From: an uncultured archaeon
Lineage (GTDB): Archaea; Aenigmatarchaeota; Aenigmatarchaeia; Aenigmatarchaeales; JAHLMS01
NCBI GenBank assembly: GCA_964353775.1
Contig: CAYGWB010000006.1
Coordinates: 4,718 to 68,717, forward strand
DNA length: 64,000 nucleotides
Reading direction: 5' to 3'
Within the stretch, counting starts at the first letter, position 1. Each line of letters opens with the position of its first letter. Shown one piece after another: positions 28,960-38,199 of this stretch. The notes beneath the pieces are model-generated. The model ran no database searches and had not been told where the DNA came from. It saw nothing but the letters and a program-made list of their open reading frames with translations. The translations under genes and the position numbers were made by a program.

Positions 28960-30387
28960 TTATTTCTTCCTTGCGCGCGGGCCGGTAGGCATGTCCTCGA
29001 GTATCCATCCTTTAGAATCGATCTCTTTTCTTATCAAATCCGCTGTCTTGAAGTCCTTCTTCTTCCTAGCGGCTTCTCTCTTGGCAATCAGTTCACTTAT
29101 CTCGGCCGGCACTTCGCTCTTTTCATGGGCAAGAACGCCCAGAACCTTGTCGAAGTCCATCATGATTTCATATATTTCCTTTAGATTTTTCTCGCTCGCC
29201 GTCTTGTCATCTATGGCCTTGTTGGTCGCGCGCACAAGCTCGTGCATCGAGGCCAGCGCCTGCGGAGTATTAAGGTCGTCGTCCATGTGCTCCTCGAACT
29301 TCTCCTTGTCCTCCACCGTTACCGCATGCAGCTTCTCATTCCATGGTGTATCGGTCTTGATGTCATGTATCTTATCGACGAATTCTATCAGTGAGTTCAC
29401 CGTGTTCTCTGCATCGCGAAGGGCGTCCTCAGTGAAGTTTGTCTGTGACATGTAGTGCGATGAAAGGAAGAGGTAGCGTAGCGCTCTTGGGGAAAAGCCG
29501 CGTTTGATGAGGTCGCTTAGCGTATAATAGTTCCCCAACGACTTTGACATCTTCTGTCCATTCACCAGGAAGTGCTTCGGATGCATCCAGTAGCGCGCGA
29601 ACGGCTTGCCCGTCGCTCCTTCCGACTGCGCTATCTCGGCTTCGTGGTGCGGGAAAAGGTTGTCCTCACCGCCTGTATGAACGTCGATGCTTTCTCCGAG
29701 ATATTTTATCACCATGGCCGAGCACTCGATGTGCCAGCCCGGATAGCCCGTGCTCCAGGGCGATTCCCAATGCATTACGTGCTGCGGATCGTTTACCCAT
29801 AGGGCGAAATCAAGCTGGTTGCGCTTGTCAGGGTTCTTCTCGACCCTGCCTCCGGCGCCTGCCATCAGCTGCTCTATGGAGTTGTGGGAAAGCCTGCCAT
29901 AACCTTTGAACTTGGAAATGTCGAAGTATACCGAGCCGTTGACTATGTACGCATAACCCTTGTCTATAAGCTTCTTTATGAGCTCTATCATTTCCTTCAC
30001 GTGCTGCGTGGCGCGCGGCCGTACTTCCGGCTCCAAGAAGTTCATGAGCTTGTAGTCCTTCATGGCGACGCCTATGTAGAACTCGGCGATGTCCCAGACG
30101 GTCTTCTTCTCCCGTTTGGCAGCCAGGGCCATCTTGTCCTCGGCGAGCACGTCCACGTCGCCCACCAGGTGGCCAACGTCGGTGAAGTTCATGACCTGCC
30201 GGACTTTGTAGCCCCTGTACTCGAACCATCGCCTGAGCGTGTCACCAAGCAGGAAGCTACGCAGGTTGCCTATGTGCGGATAGTCGTAAACGGTCAGACC
30301 GCAGTTGTACATCCTAACGACTCCGGGCTCGAGCGGTTTGAACAGCTCCTTCTTCCTCGTCATCGTGTTGAACAGCTTTATTGACAT
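28960..30387 (-). CDS. cysS: Cysteine--tRNA ligase
   Basis: CGLTVYD, HIGN, PGWHIECSAM, FPHHEAE, KMSKS. Confidence 0.97.
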   Translation of the reverse strand: MSIKLFNTMTRKKELFKPLEPGVVRMYNCGLTVYDYPHIGNLRSFLLGDTLRRWFEYRGYKVRQVMNFTDVGHLVGDVDVLAEDKMALAAKREKKTVWDIAEFYIGVAMKDYKLMNFLEPEVRPRATQHVKEMIELIKKLIDKGYAYIVNGSVYFDISKFKGYGRLSHNSIEQLMAGAGGRVEKNPDKRNQLDFALWVNDPQHVMHWESPWSTGYPGWHIECSAMVIKYLGESIDVHTGGEDNLFPHHEAEIAQSEGATGKPFARYWMHPKHFLVNGQKMSKSLGNYYTLSDLIKRGFSPRALRYLFLSSHYMSQTNFTEDALRDAENTVNSLIEFVDKIHDIKTDTPWNEKLHAVTVEDKEKFEEHMDDDLNTPQALASMHELVRATNKAIDDKTASEKNLKEIYEIMMDFDKVLGVLAHEKSEVPAEISELIAKREAARKKKDFKTADLIRKEIDSKGWILEDMPTGPRARKK

Positions 30388-30465
30388 GGCATCACAGACG
30401 GTTCGTTGTTTAAATAACTCTGGCTCGCCACATTTATATTTAATTTCAACTACGTTCCACTCCTT

Positions 30466-30795
30466 CTACGCTCCTTGAACCATTCCGAATATTTCTGTTG
30501 TTTTCCTGGAATTTTCTTTGAGCTTCTCATATACTGCTTCTTCTATTTTGCCTCTTTCCAACAATTTTCTTAAACTCCTGTAATCCAAATCTTTTGTCAA
30601 TTCCCCGTCATACCATGGTAGCCCAAACATTTCTGGTGTAACCGTTCCGTGTCGCGTTTCAATATAGAATGTGCCATATTTGGCATGATGTGGTGGGGTT
30701 AAATGTATTTTTTCTTGAGGATCTGTTTTTATTATCCATTCAAAGACTACGCCACCTGTAGTATCTTTACTAGGTTTTACTTTTTGGTATCCCAT
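30466..30795 (-). CDS. Hypothetical protein (AT-rich)
   Basis: Strong SD AAGGAGGTGA before ATG 30795; overlaps upstream wHTH gene. Confidence 0.7.
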   Translation of the reverse strand: MGYQKVKPSKDTTGGVVFEWIIKTDPQEKIHLTPPHHAKYGTFYIETRHGTVTPEMFGLPWYDGELTKDLDYRSLRKLLERGKIEEAVYEKLKENSRKTTEIFGMVQGA

Positions 30796-31012
30796 TTTTG
30801 TCACCTCCTTTTCTGTAATAGATTTTTACCCTTGCATCAGGAGACATCATGAGCTCCCCTATCAGGCCGACCGCCTTTAGCCTAGAAAGCGCAAACCGCA
30901 ACGTGCGTGGTTGCAAAGCGGTTTTCTTCAGAATCTCTTTTTGGGTTGTGGGTCGAGCCTTAATCGTAGAAAGGACTGTCTGCATGCTCCTTGTCAATGC
31001 AAAGGTATTCAC
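30770..31012 (-). CDS. Small winged-helix DNA-binding protein
   Basis: TQKEILKKTALQPRTLRFALSRLKAVGLI...DARVKIY. Confidence 0.75.
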   Translation of the reverse strand: MNTFALTRSMQTVLSTIKARPTTQKEILKKTALQPRTLRFALSRLKAVGLIGELMMSPDARVKIYYRKGGDKNGIPKSKT

Positions 31013-31027
31013 CCATATTTCTCACTA

Positions 31028-31073
31028 TACTATATCTGTATACCGATATATTTAAAACTTGCAGATAGTGGCA
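31028..31073 (-). repeat. 46-bp exact direct repeat, copy 1 (TATA plus palindromic operator)
   Basis: tactatatctgtataccgatatatttaaaacttgcagatagtggca, identical at 32166-32211. Confidence 0.92.
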
Positions 31074-31074
31074 A

Positions 31075-31968
31075 TCACTCGAACAAGTCCGTACTCAAAT
31101 ATCTCTGCCCGCTGTCCGGCAGAATGGTGACGATTGTCTTGCCTGGCATGCGCTTTGACAGTTCGTTCGCTGCCCAGACGTTCGCGCCGGACGATATGCC
31201 AACCAGCAGACCTTCCTCTCGCATCAGACGATGAGTCATATTGAATGCCTGCTCATCGGTGACTGTGATTATCTCATCGAACAGCTCTGTGTCGATTATC
31301 TTCGGTATGAAGCCCTCGCCTATGCCTTGTATCTTGTGATGGCCTGCTGGTTTACCGGACATAACAGCGCTGCCAGCTGGCTCAACAACTATGATTTTGC
31401 AATCGGGCTTTTTCTTCTTCAGCCACTGTCCGATGCCCATTATCGTTCCGCCTGTTCCGACCGATGCAACGAAAGCTGAGGCGTCTGGCGCCTCCTTTAG
31501 GACTTCTTTCGCTGTCGTCCTTCGATGCGAGCGCACGTTGTCCTTGTTGCCGAACTGGTTCAGGAAGAACCAACCGTTCTGTTTAGCGAGCTGTTTGGCC
31601 TTTTTTACAGTGGCCGAGATGTCGTCTGCAGGCGTCAGAATTATTTCTGCTCCGAACGCCTTAATCAGTTTCCTGCGCTCGATGGACATCGCTTCAGGCA
31701 TGACTATCACAACATTGTAGCCTTTCACCGCAGCTACCATCGCCAGCGCGATACCAGTGTTCCCGGTAGTCGCCTCGACTATAGTGTCGCCCTTCTTCAG
31801 CTTGCCCTTCTTCTCGGCCTGTTCTATCATGAACAGCACCATACGATCCTTTATCGAGCCTGATGGGTTGTCGAACTCGACCTTCGCCAGTATATGCGGA
31901 TTTATCTTGCTAAGCCGCACCATCGGAGTGGCGTGGATGAGTTCAAGCACTGAGTTCGCTATTTTCAT
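31075..31968 (-). CDS. cysK: Cysteine synthase (O-acetylserine sulfhydrylase)
   Basis: NPSGSIKDR PLP lysine, EATTGNTGIALA, VGTGGT, HKIQGIG, GISSGAN. Confidence 0.96.
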   Translation of the reverse strand: MKIANSVLELIHATPMVRLSKINPHILAKVEFDNPSGSIKDRMVLFMIEQAEKKGKLKKGDTIVEATTGNTGIALAMVAAVKGYNVVIVMPEAMSIERRKLIKAFGAEIILTPADDISATVKKAKQLAKQNGWFFLNQFGNKDNVRSHRRTTAKEVLKEAPDASAFVASVGTGGTIMGIGQWLKKKKPDCKIIVVEPAGSAVMSGKPAGHHKIQGIGEGFIPKIIDTELFDEIITVTDEQAFNMTHRLMREEGLLVGISSGANVWAANELSKRMPGKTIVTILPDSGQRYLSTDLFE

Positions 31969-31979
31969 GTTGACCACAA

Positions 31980-32053
31980 TGGAGCCAGGGCCGAGAGTTG
32001 AACTCGGTTAACTCGCTCTGCAGGCGAGTGCATAGCCGTTCTGCCACCCCGGC
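31980..32053 (-). tRNA. tRNA-Cys(GCA)
   Basis: GCCGGGG...CTCGC-CT-GCA-GA-GCGAG...GTTCAACTC...CCA. Confidence 0.95.
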
Positions 32054-32096
32054 ATTTTAAATTCTGGATGGTTGAGACTATTAAAGTTATCAGCGC

Positions 32097-32164
32097 AGAA
32101 AAGAGCTCGGGCTGGACTATTTCCTTATTCCGTGCAAAGACGTCCACCGCTCATCAGAGCCACC
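32097..32164 (-). ncRNA. Candidate C/D-box-like K-turn small RNA
   Basis: Starts at the expected TSS of repeat copy 2; box C CTGATGA, box D variant CCGA, TGGAC/GTCCA stem, followed by T-tract. Confidence 0.4.
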
Positions 32165-32165
32165 G

Positions 32166-32211
32166 TACTATATCTGTATACCGATATATTTAAAACTTGC
32201 AGATAGTGGCA
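32166..32211 (-). repeat. 46-bp exact direct repeat, copy 2
   Basis: Identical to 31028-31073. Confidence 0.92.
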
Positions 32212-32217
32212 GCTTTA

Positions 32218-32784
32218 CTATTTCGTGCCTTCAATCAGCGTCTGCCAGAACTCGAACGGGTAGGCGCCGACCACTTTCTGGCCGTTCACGAAGAACGTAG
32301 GTGTCGCACCGACGCCAGACTGCTTGGCTTCAGCGATGTCGGCCGCCACGTCAGCTGCCGTAGCTCCACTGTCGAGGCAGGTGTTAAACTTCTCCGAATC
32401 GAGACCGAACTCGGTGGCATATCCTTTAAGATCCGAAGTTGTCAGAGCTTCCTGATTGGCAAAAAGTTTGTCGAACATATCCCAGTACTTGTTCTGAAGG
32501 CCGGCGCATTCGGCCGCCTCGGAAGCCTTCTGGGCGAACGAGTGGAAAGGCAGGGGAAAGTCCTTGTAGATGAACTTTACCTTGTCTGGATACTTGGCCA
32601 GCACCTGGTCGATTGTGGGCTTTGCCGATCCGCAGGCCGGGCACTGAAAGTCGCTGTACTCGACTATCGTGACTGCCGCGTTCTCCGGTCCGCGGAAGTG
32701 TGTGTACTGAGTCCCGCCGTTGCTGCCCGTGCAGCCGGCAATGAGAAGTATCGGAAGCAGAACTGCAATTAATGCTATTTTCAT
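32218..32784 (-). CDS. DsbA/BdbD-like thioredoxin-fold lipoprotein
   Basis: Lipobox IAGC, EYSDFQCPAC, KDFPL, GVGATPTFFVNG. Confidence 0.92.
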   Translation of the reverse strand: MKIALIAVLLPILLIAGCTGSNGGTQYTHFRGPENAAVTIVEYSDFQCPACGSAKPTIDQVLAKYPDKVKFIYKDFPLPFHSFAQKASEAAECAGLQNKYWDMFDKLFANQEALTTSDLKGYATEFGLDSEKFNTCLDSGATAADVAADIAEAKQSGVGATPTFFVNGQKVVGAYPFEFWQTLIEGTK

Positions 32785-32788
32785 GTTT

Positions 32789-33997
32789 TCACCGAATGTA
32801 TTTGACTATCTTGCTAAGGGCCTCTATAAATATGTCGCATTCGGCTGGCGTGTTGTACAGGTACATGGATGCGCGTGCGCTGCCCTTTATTCCGTGCGCA
32901 TTGAACCAGCTGTGGACGCAATGCATGCCCGAGCGGACGGCCACATTGGCGGAACGGTCGAGCAGCATCGCGACATCGTGCGGGTCCATTCCGGAAACGT
33001 TGAAACTGAGTATCCCTGAGCGGAACTTTGGGTCGACAGGACCGATTATCGAGACTGCCGGAACGTTCCGGAGCCCTTCCGTTATTCGCTTGTTTAGTTC
33101 GGCCTCATGTGCCTCGATGTTTCGAAGGCCGATGGATGAAAGGTATTTGGTCGCTTCTGCAAGCCCGATTATGCCAGCGTAGTCTTGAAGCCCGGCCTCA
33201 AACAGTTCGGGCGGCTTCTCCATGTGCGCTGTTGTGTAGGTGGTGTTTACGACCGTGTCGCCGCCTACTATGAACGGCGACAGCTGCTCAAGCAGATGAT
33301 ACTTGCCGTACAGTATGCCTGTGCCAGTCGGACCGCACATCTTGTGCCCGGAGCAGGCCAGAAAGTCGACGTCCAGCTTCCTTACATCAACTTCCTTATG
33401 AGGCGCGGACTGGGCAGCGTCCAGAAGAACTAGCGCGCCATGGTCGTGCGCAATCTTGATTATTTCAGCCGCCGGTATCGTGACGCCGTCCAGGTTGCTC
33501 GTGTGGACCATTGAAACGAGCTTGACGCTCTTGTCCATAGCTGCCTTGAATGCGGCAATATCAAAAGTGTTGTCAGGATTGGATGGCACTATATTGTGAT
33601 TGATTCCTTTTTTCGCGAGCATCTGCCATGGTAGCAGGTTCGAGTTGTGCTCCCTGTCGGTTGTCAGGACCGTATCGCCGGCCTTAAGGCCGAGCGAATG
33701 TGCGATAAGGTTTATGCTTTCCGTAGTGTTCCTTGTGAAAATAATCTCCTTCGGGTTCTTCGCTCCGAAGAACTTCTGGACGACCGTTCTGGACTTCTCG
33801 ACCTCTTCCGTGACCATCCGTCCGAGCTTGTGATGCGAACGTCCGCCGCAAGCAGGGAACTCGTTATAGTAACGATTAATAGCGGCTATGACCTGCTTCG
33901 GCTTCATGGTCATGCAGGCGTTGTCGAAATATATCGGCGGCTTCGGGCGAGTCAGTACGGGAAAGTCCTGCCGTATCTTCTCGACATTGAGAGCCAT
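32789..33997 (-). CDS. sufS: SufS-type (group II) cysteine desulfurase
   Basis: IRQDFP, YFDNA, EHNSN, SGHKMCGPTG, VRSGMHC. Confidence 0.9.
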   Translation of the reverse strand: MALNVEKIRQDFPVLTRPKPPIYFDNACMTMKPKQVIAAINRYYNEFPACGGRSHHKLGRMVTEEVEKSRTVVQKFFGAKNPKEIIFTRNTTESINLIAHSLGLKAGDTVLTTDREHNSNLLPWQMLAKKGINHNIVPSNPDNTFDIAAFKAAMDKSVKLVSMVHTSNLDGVTIPAAEIIKIAHDHGALVLLDAAQSAPHKEVDVRKLDVDFLACSGHKMCGPTGTGILYGKYHLLEQLSPFIVGGDTVVNTTYTTAHMEKPPELFEAGLQDYAGIIGLAEATKYLSSIGLRNIEAHEAELNKRITEGLRNVPAVSIIGPVDPKFRSGILSFNVSGMDPHDVAMLLDRSANVAVRSGMHCVHSWFNAHGIKGSARASMYLYNTPAECDIFIEALSKIVKYIR

Positions 33998-34001
33998 TGT
34001 A

Positions 34002-34652
34002 TCACTTGTATCTGTCCAGGAAGGGCCGTAACACGCTTCCTTCGTGGTAGCCGTCCATGCGCTGACCGTCCGGCCCTATGAACGTAGGCGTCACTGCAAT
34101 TTCATATTGCGTGACGTACTCCGGGTTTGTGTCCAGATGCATCGGTTTTACACGATAGCCTTCCATTGCCAGCGCGGTCAATACGACCGACTCCTTGGCG
34201 CACCATGAACAGCCGTCGCGGTAGAAGTACATGACAGAAGCGTTCTGGTCGAAATATATCGGCGCTGCGACCGGCTCGTTGCCGTAGGCGCAGGCCGATG
34301 TGTTTGTCTGGTTCGGCACGAATACGCAGCTGCCTCCCGGTCCTTCGCAGTTCTGCCAGACTATCAGGTTGTAGACCGAATAGCCGGTGTATGCCATGGA
34401 AATGAAGAACACTGCTACGAATACCCATGAGATGACGTTGAACTTGCGGTGTATGAAGCCGGCAAAGTGCGGCCACTTCATCAGCTTGCCGACTATGGCC
34501 GCCTTGACCTTCTTGTCAAAATCAGTGTCGCATGGTCTGAGCGTGCTCATGCGCCATACGCAACGGAACGCCTCCTTCGCGTATCCGCGGTATCGTACGC
34601 TGAACAGCCCAAGAAAGCCGAATATGACGGCAGCTATTATGCAGATTACCAT
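34002..34652 (-). CDS. Membrane protein with C-terminal thioredoxin-like CxxC domain
   Basis: Two TMs, AFRCV..LRPCDT, CSWC, VTPTF. Confidence 0.75.
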   Translation of the reverse strand: MVICIIAAVIFGFLGLFSVRYRGYAKEAFRCVWRMSTLRPCDTDFDKKVKAAIVGKLMKWPHFAGFIHRKFNVISWVFVAVFFISMAYTGYSVYNLIVWQNCEGPGGSCVFVPNQTNTSACAYGNEPVAAPIYFDQNASVMYFYRDGCSWCAKESVVLTALAMEGYRVKPMHLDTNPEYVTQYEIAVTPTFIGPDGQRMDGYHEGSVLRPFLDRYK

Positions 34653-34696
34653 ACCAGAATAACTCGAATGGAGAGCTTTTATTGTTATCGAAATTA

Positions 34697-35758
34697 TTAG
34701 CCGCAGCCGCCACTTGGCGCTGATGCGGTGTCATTTAGAGTCTGGCCGCAGAATGCTGGCGGTGTGTTGAAGGCCGCGCATATGCCTGTCTTGTATCCCT
34801 CGGCTGTTCGGGCGCCGTTGAATGTCGCGCCGTTGATTGTCAGTGTCGGGGAACCGCTCACGCCGAACAATTCGGCCAATTCCTGGTCTTCCCTCATCGC
34901 TGCCACGCCGTCTGTCGCCAGCTTCGACTCGATGGCAGAGACGCTTACGCCTGTCGCGTTCGCGGCAGTCTTCCAGCATGTCTCTATGTCGGTCAGGCTG
35001 CAGTTCGCGTTCACGTAAGAGACGTATTTCCAGAACTTTTCCGGCGATGCCTTGAAAATGAGCGCCTGTCGCATGTCCTCTTTTGCCTCGTTCGGACCGT
35101 GCAGGGACTGCAGATAGCTGTCACCGATGGCAAGGAAGTTCATGTCGGCGATCGTGTAGTTCTTGTTAGACTGCTCGTTCACGTTCGCTACATAGCTCTC
35201 GGCCTCGGTCTTGTTCATTACGCCGACTATGAAGTGCGGCTCTATTGTCGCCTTGTCACCCATTACGCTGACAACTGGCGACATCGCATCCTCGGCCGAC
35301 TTGCCGTACGGACAGAAGGACATCACGAAAAGCCTTACCAATGGCTTGTCCGTCTTAGTCGGTTCGAACGTCTCCGGCTGCGCTGGAGCCTGTTCCTTTA
35401 CCGCTGTCATGTCGTATGCCTGAGGTAAAAGTAGTTTGCCGTCCTTTGTGACGTATGCCGTATAATTGCGGTCCTGAATCCCGAAACCTATCATATACAG
35501 TCCGTTCGCTTCAGTGACATTGATCAGTTTTGCCGTCATGCCTTCGGGCAGCATGTTTGCATCAATATAGGCTATCGCTTTGCTGGCGGCTGTATCTACG
35601 CTTCCGGAATTACCGTTGGCAACAAAATTACCTGTTATGCCGCTGCCTGCGACAAATGCAACTAGCGCGATGGCAAGTATGACCGTAGATGCTATCCAGA
35701 TAGTCGGTGTCAAAGCAGCCTTCGCAGATTCCTTCTTCTCAACGTTCTCTTCTGCCAT
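34697..35758 (-). CDS. Membrane-anchored DsbA/thioredoxin-fold protein (CPYG variant)
   Basis: N-terminal TM, FVMSFCPYG, SLHG..E, GVSGSPTLTING, C-terminal GGCG. Confidence 0.8.
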   Translation of the reverse strand: MAEENVEKKESAKAALTPTIWIASTVILAIALVAFVAGSGITGNFVANGNSGSVDTAASKAIAYIDANMLPEGMTAKLINVTEANGLYMIGFGIQDRNYTAYVTKDGKLLLPQAYDMTAVKEQAPAQPETFEPTKTDKPLVRLFVMSFCPYGKSAEDAMSPVVSVMGDKATIEPHFIVGVMNKTEAESYVANVNEQSNKNYTIADMNFLAIGDSYLQSLHGPNEAKEDMRQALIFKASPEKFWKYVSYVNANCSLTDIETCWKTAANATGVSVSAIESKLATDGVAAMREDQELAELFGVSGSPTLTINGATFNGARTAEGYKTGICAAFNTPPAFCGQTLNDTASAPSGGCG

Positions 35759-35854
35759 ACAAATCTCTAATGGATGTTTGATTAATAAAGTTTATAAAGC
35801 CTATGCCTGACCTAGGACGCTTATATAATATATCAGTGCGGCCATTTCCGGACA

Positions 35855-36160
35855 TCAGGCATCGACGAATATCTGTTTGCCCTCGACCTTGACGTTGAAG
35901 GCGAGCTCGTTCAGCTTTGCCGGACCGGCAATGACCTTCCCTGTGCGTACGTCGAACTTGCTGGAATGACACGGACATGTTACCGCCGCACCTTCGAGCG
36001 TTCCGCGCGACAGCGCGCAGTGGGCATGCGTGCAGCTGTCTGCGATCGCATGCAACTTGCCGGCGACGTTCGCGATCAATACGGTCTTCCCGTTCGCCTT
36101 TACGCCTATCATCTTTCCCGTCGGCACATCGGCCGCGGCTGCAACCCTTTCAAAAGTCAT
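35855..36160 (-). CDS. Rieske [2Fe-2S] ferredoxin
   Basis: CTHAHC...CPCHSSKFDVRTG. Confidence 0.93.
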   Translation of the reverse strand: MTFERVAAAADVPTGKMIGVKANGKTVLIANVAGKLHAIADSCTHAHCALSRGTLEGAAVTCPCHSSKFDVRTGKVIAGPAKLNELAFNVKVEGKQIFVDA

Positions 36161-36168
36161 TATATCAC

Positions 36169-36414
36169 CTACTTTATTTTTAGCGCCTTCTTCAATGCTT
36201 CCTTGTCAAAGCCGACTATTATTTTGCCGTCGACCTCTATTACCGGAACGCCGGTCTGACCCGTCTTCATCATCATTTCGGCCGCGGCATCCTGGTCGTC
36301 CTCGACATTGGCCTCCTCGAAACTGATCTTTTTCTGTACCAGAAAATCCTTTGCCGTATGACAGTACGGACATGAATTGGTCACGTATATTTTTACCTTC
36401 GGTTTGGCCGTCAT
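36169..36414 (-). CDS. Glutaredoxin/NrdH-redoxin
   Basis: CPYC, GQTGVPVI, IVGFD. Confidence 0.93.
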   Translation of the reverse strand: MTAKPKVKIYVTNSCPYCHTAKDFLVQKKISFEEANVEDDQDAAAEMMMKTGQTGVPVIEVDGKIIVGFDKEALKKALKIK

Positions 36415-36480
36415 TTGAATCCCTATTATGTTAGTTCAGCAAGACCATAAATATATATTACGGCTAAAGCGATTCTAAAC

Positions 36481-38199
36481 ATGCGCTTCGTGTGGCAAAT
36501 TGGCGGCGAGGCTGGCTATGGCATACAGACTGCCGGCTATATTCTTGCAAAAGCGCTCGTACATCACGGCCTCAACGTTTTCACGAACTCAGAATATCCT
36601 TCGCTGATACGCGGCGGGCATAACACGTTCCTGATACGCGCCGAGACCGAACCGGTGTTCTCGCACTGGCATGCGACGGACCTGCTGGTCGCGCTGAACA
36701 AGGAGACCATCGACCTGCATAAGAGCGAGGTTGTGGACGGCGGCGCGATAATCTATGACGGCGCAAATGTCCAGCTGCCGGCCGGCTACGTCAGACCAGA
36801 AATAAAGCTACTGTCCGTGCCTTTGGCTGAGATCGCTATGGCTGCGGGCGATAAGATAATGGCCAACAGCGCTGCGCTCGGCGCTTCCGCGGCCGCTATG
36901 GGCGCCGACATCGAAATGCTGATAGAGATAATGGACGAGATATACGGCCTCAAGGGAAAGTTAATCGAAGAGAACTTGCAGGCAGCCAGGGCCGGCTACG
37001 AACATGTGATCAAGAACTACGGCAAGATTTTCAACATGAGTTTCGGCCAAACAAAGAAAGAGAAGATGCTTTTGACCGGGAGCGATGCGATAGCGAGCGG
37101 TGCGATAGCTGCCGGCTGCAAGTTCCTTTCACAATATCCGATGACGCCGGCTTCAGGCATACTGCACTACATGGCCAAGCGGCAACGCGACTATAATATT
37201 GTCGTCATCCAACCCGAGGATGAGATAGCCGCGATAAACATGGCCATAGGCGCGAGCTTTGCCGGCGTTAGGTCGATGACAGCGACTTCAGGCGGAGGCT
37301 ACTCGCTGATGGTTGAGGCGACCGGGCTTGCCGCTGAGACTGAGGTGCCGTTGGTCATAATCGAAGGCCAGAGGCCAGGACCTTCGACCGGCCTTCCGAC
37401 ACGGACGGAGCAGGGCGACCTGAAGTTCCTGCTCAACGCCTCGCAGGGCGAGTTCCCGCGCATCATCATTGCGCCTGGCGACGTGAAGGAATGCTTTTAT
37501 CAGACGACCGCAGCTTTCAATCTTGCCGAGCGCTGGCAGGTGCCTGTGATAGTTATGGTCGACAAGTTCCTCTGCGAGTCTTATACTTCTACTGACCGCT
37601 TCGTCAATAATATCAAAATAGACAGAGGACTGCTGCTGTCAGACGAAGAGCTGGCGGCGACGAAGGACTTCAAGCGCTATGCGATAACGCCCTACGGAGT
37701 GTCGCCTCGTTCGATACCCGGACAGCTGGGTGGCGTGCACAGGGCGGATTCGGACGAGCACGATGAGGCTGGCAATATGAACGAAGAGCCTGCCGTCCGT
37801 TCGGCGATGCAGGACAAGCGCTGGCGGAAGCTGCCGTACATACTGCGCGAGCTTCCTCCGCCAAAATTGATCGGCTCGGATGCCGGAACCATAACATTCG
37901 TCGGCTGGGGTAGCACAAAAGGACCGATACTCGATGCCATGCGACTGCTGGCTGCTGACGGAATAAAGACAAACTTTTTACAGATTTCATATCTTTCTCC
38001 GTTCCATGCAGATGCTATAACGAGCGTCCTGCAGGAATCCAAGTTCATTGTCTCCGTCGAGAACAACAAGACCGGACAGTTGGCCGACCTAATACGCGAG
38101 AAGACCGGCATAGTCATAAGGACCAGACTGAACAAATATGACGGCCGACAATTCTTCCCGGCAGAAATAGCACAGAGCATAAAGAGGGTGTTGAGATGA
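36481..38199 (+). CDS. korA: 2-oxoacid:ferredoxin oxidoreductase, alpha (gamma-alpha fused) subunit
   Basis: GGEAGYG, YPSLIRGG, YPMTPAS, EDEIAA, QRPGPSTGLPT. Confidence 0.93.
   Translation: MRFVWQIGGEAGYGIQTAGYILAKALVHHGLNVFTNSEYPSLIRGGHNTFLIRAETEPVFSHWHATDLLVALNKETIDLHKSEVVDGGAIIYDGANVQLPAGYVRPEIKLLSVPLAEIAMAAGDKIMANSAALGASAAAMGADIEMLIEIMDEIYGLKGKLIEENLQAARAGYEHVIKNYGKIFNMSFGQTKKEKMLLTGSDAIASGAIAAGCKFLSQYPMTPASGILHYMAKRQRDYNIVVIQPEDEIAAINMAIGASFAGVRSMTATSGGGYSLMVEATGLAAETEVPLVIIEGQRPGPSTGLPTRTEQGDLKFLLNASQGEFPRIIIAPGDVKECFYQTTAAFNLAERWQVPVIVMVDKFLCESYTSTDRFVNNIKIDRGLLLSDEELAATKDFKRYAITPYGVSPRSIPGQLGGVHRADSDEHDEAGNMNEEPAVRSAMQDKRWRKLPYILRELPPPKLIGSDAGTITFVGWGSTKGPILDAMRLLAADGIKTNFLQISYLSPFHADAITSVLQESKFIVSVENNKTGQLADLIREKTGIVIRTRLNKYDGRQFFPAEIAQSIKRVLR

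Noticed and set aside
32101-32164. Hammerhead ribozyme (CUGAUGA...GAAA...GUC)
   Set aside because: No room for stem III between GAAA and GUC, no G-C pair closing stem II, and the stem I register is off by one.
31028-32211. CRISPR array or tRNA-att prophage/island
   Set aside because: Only two repeats 1.1 kb apart, no cas or integrase gene, and the repeat is not a tRNA 3' fragment.
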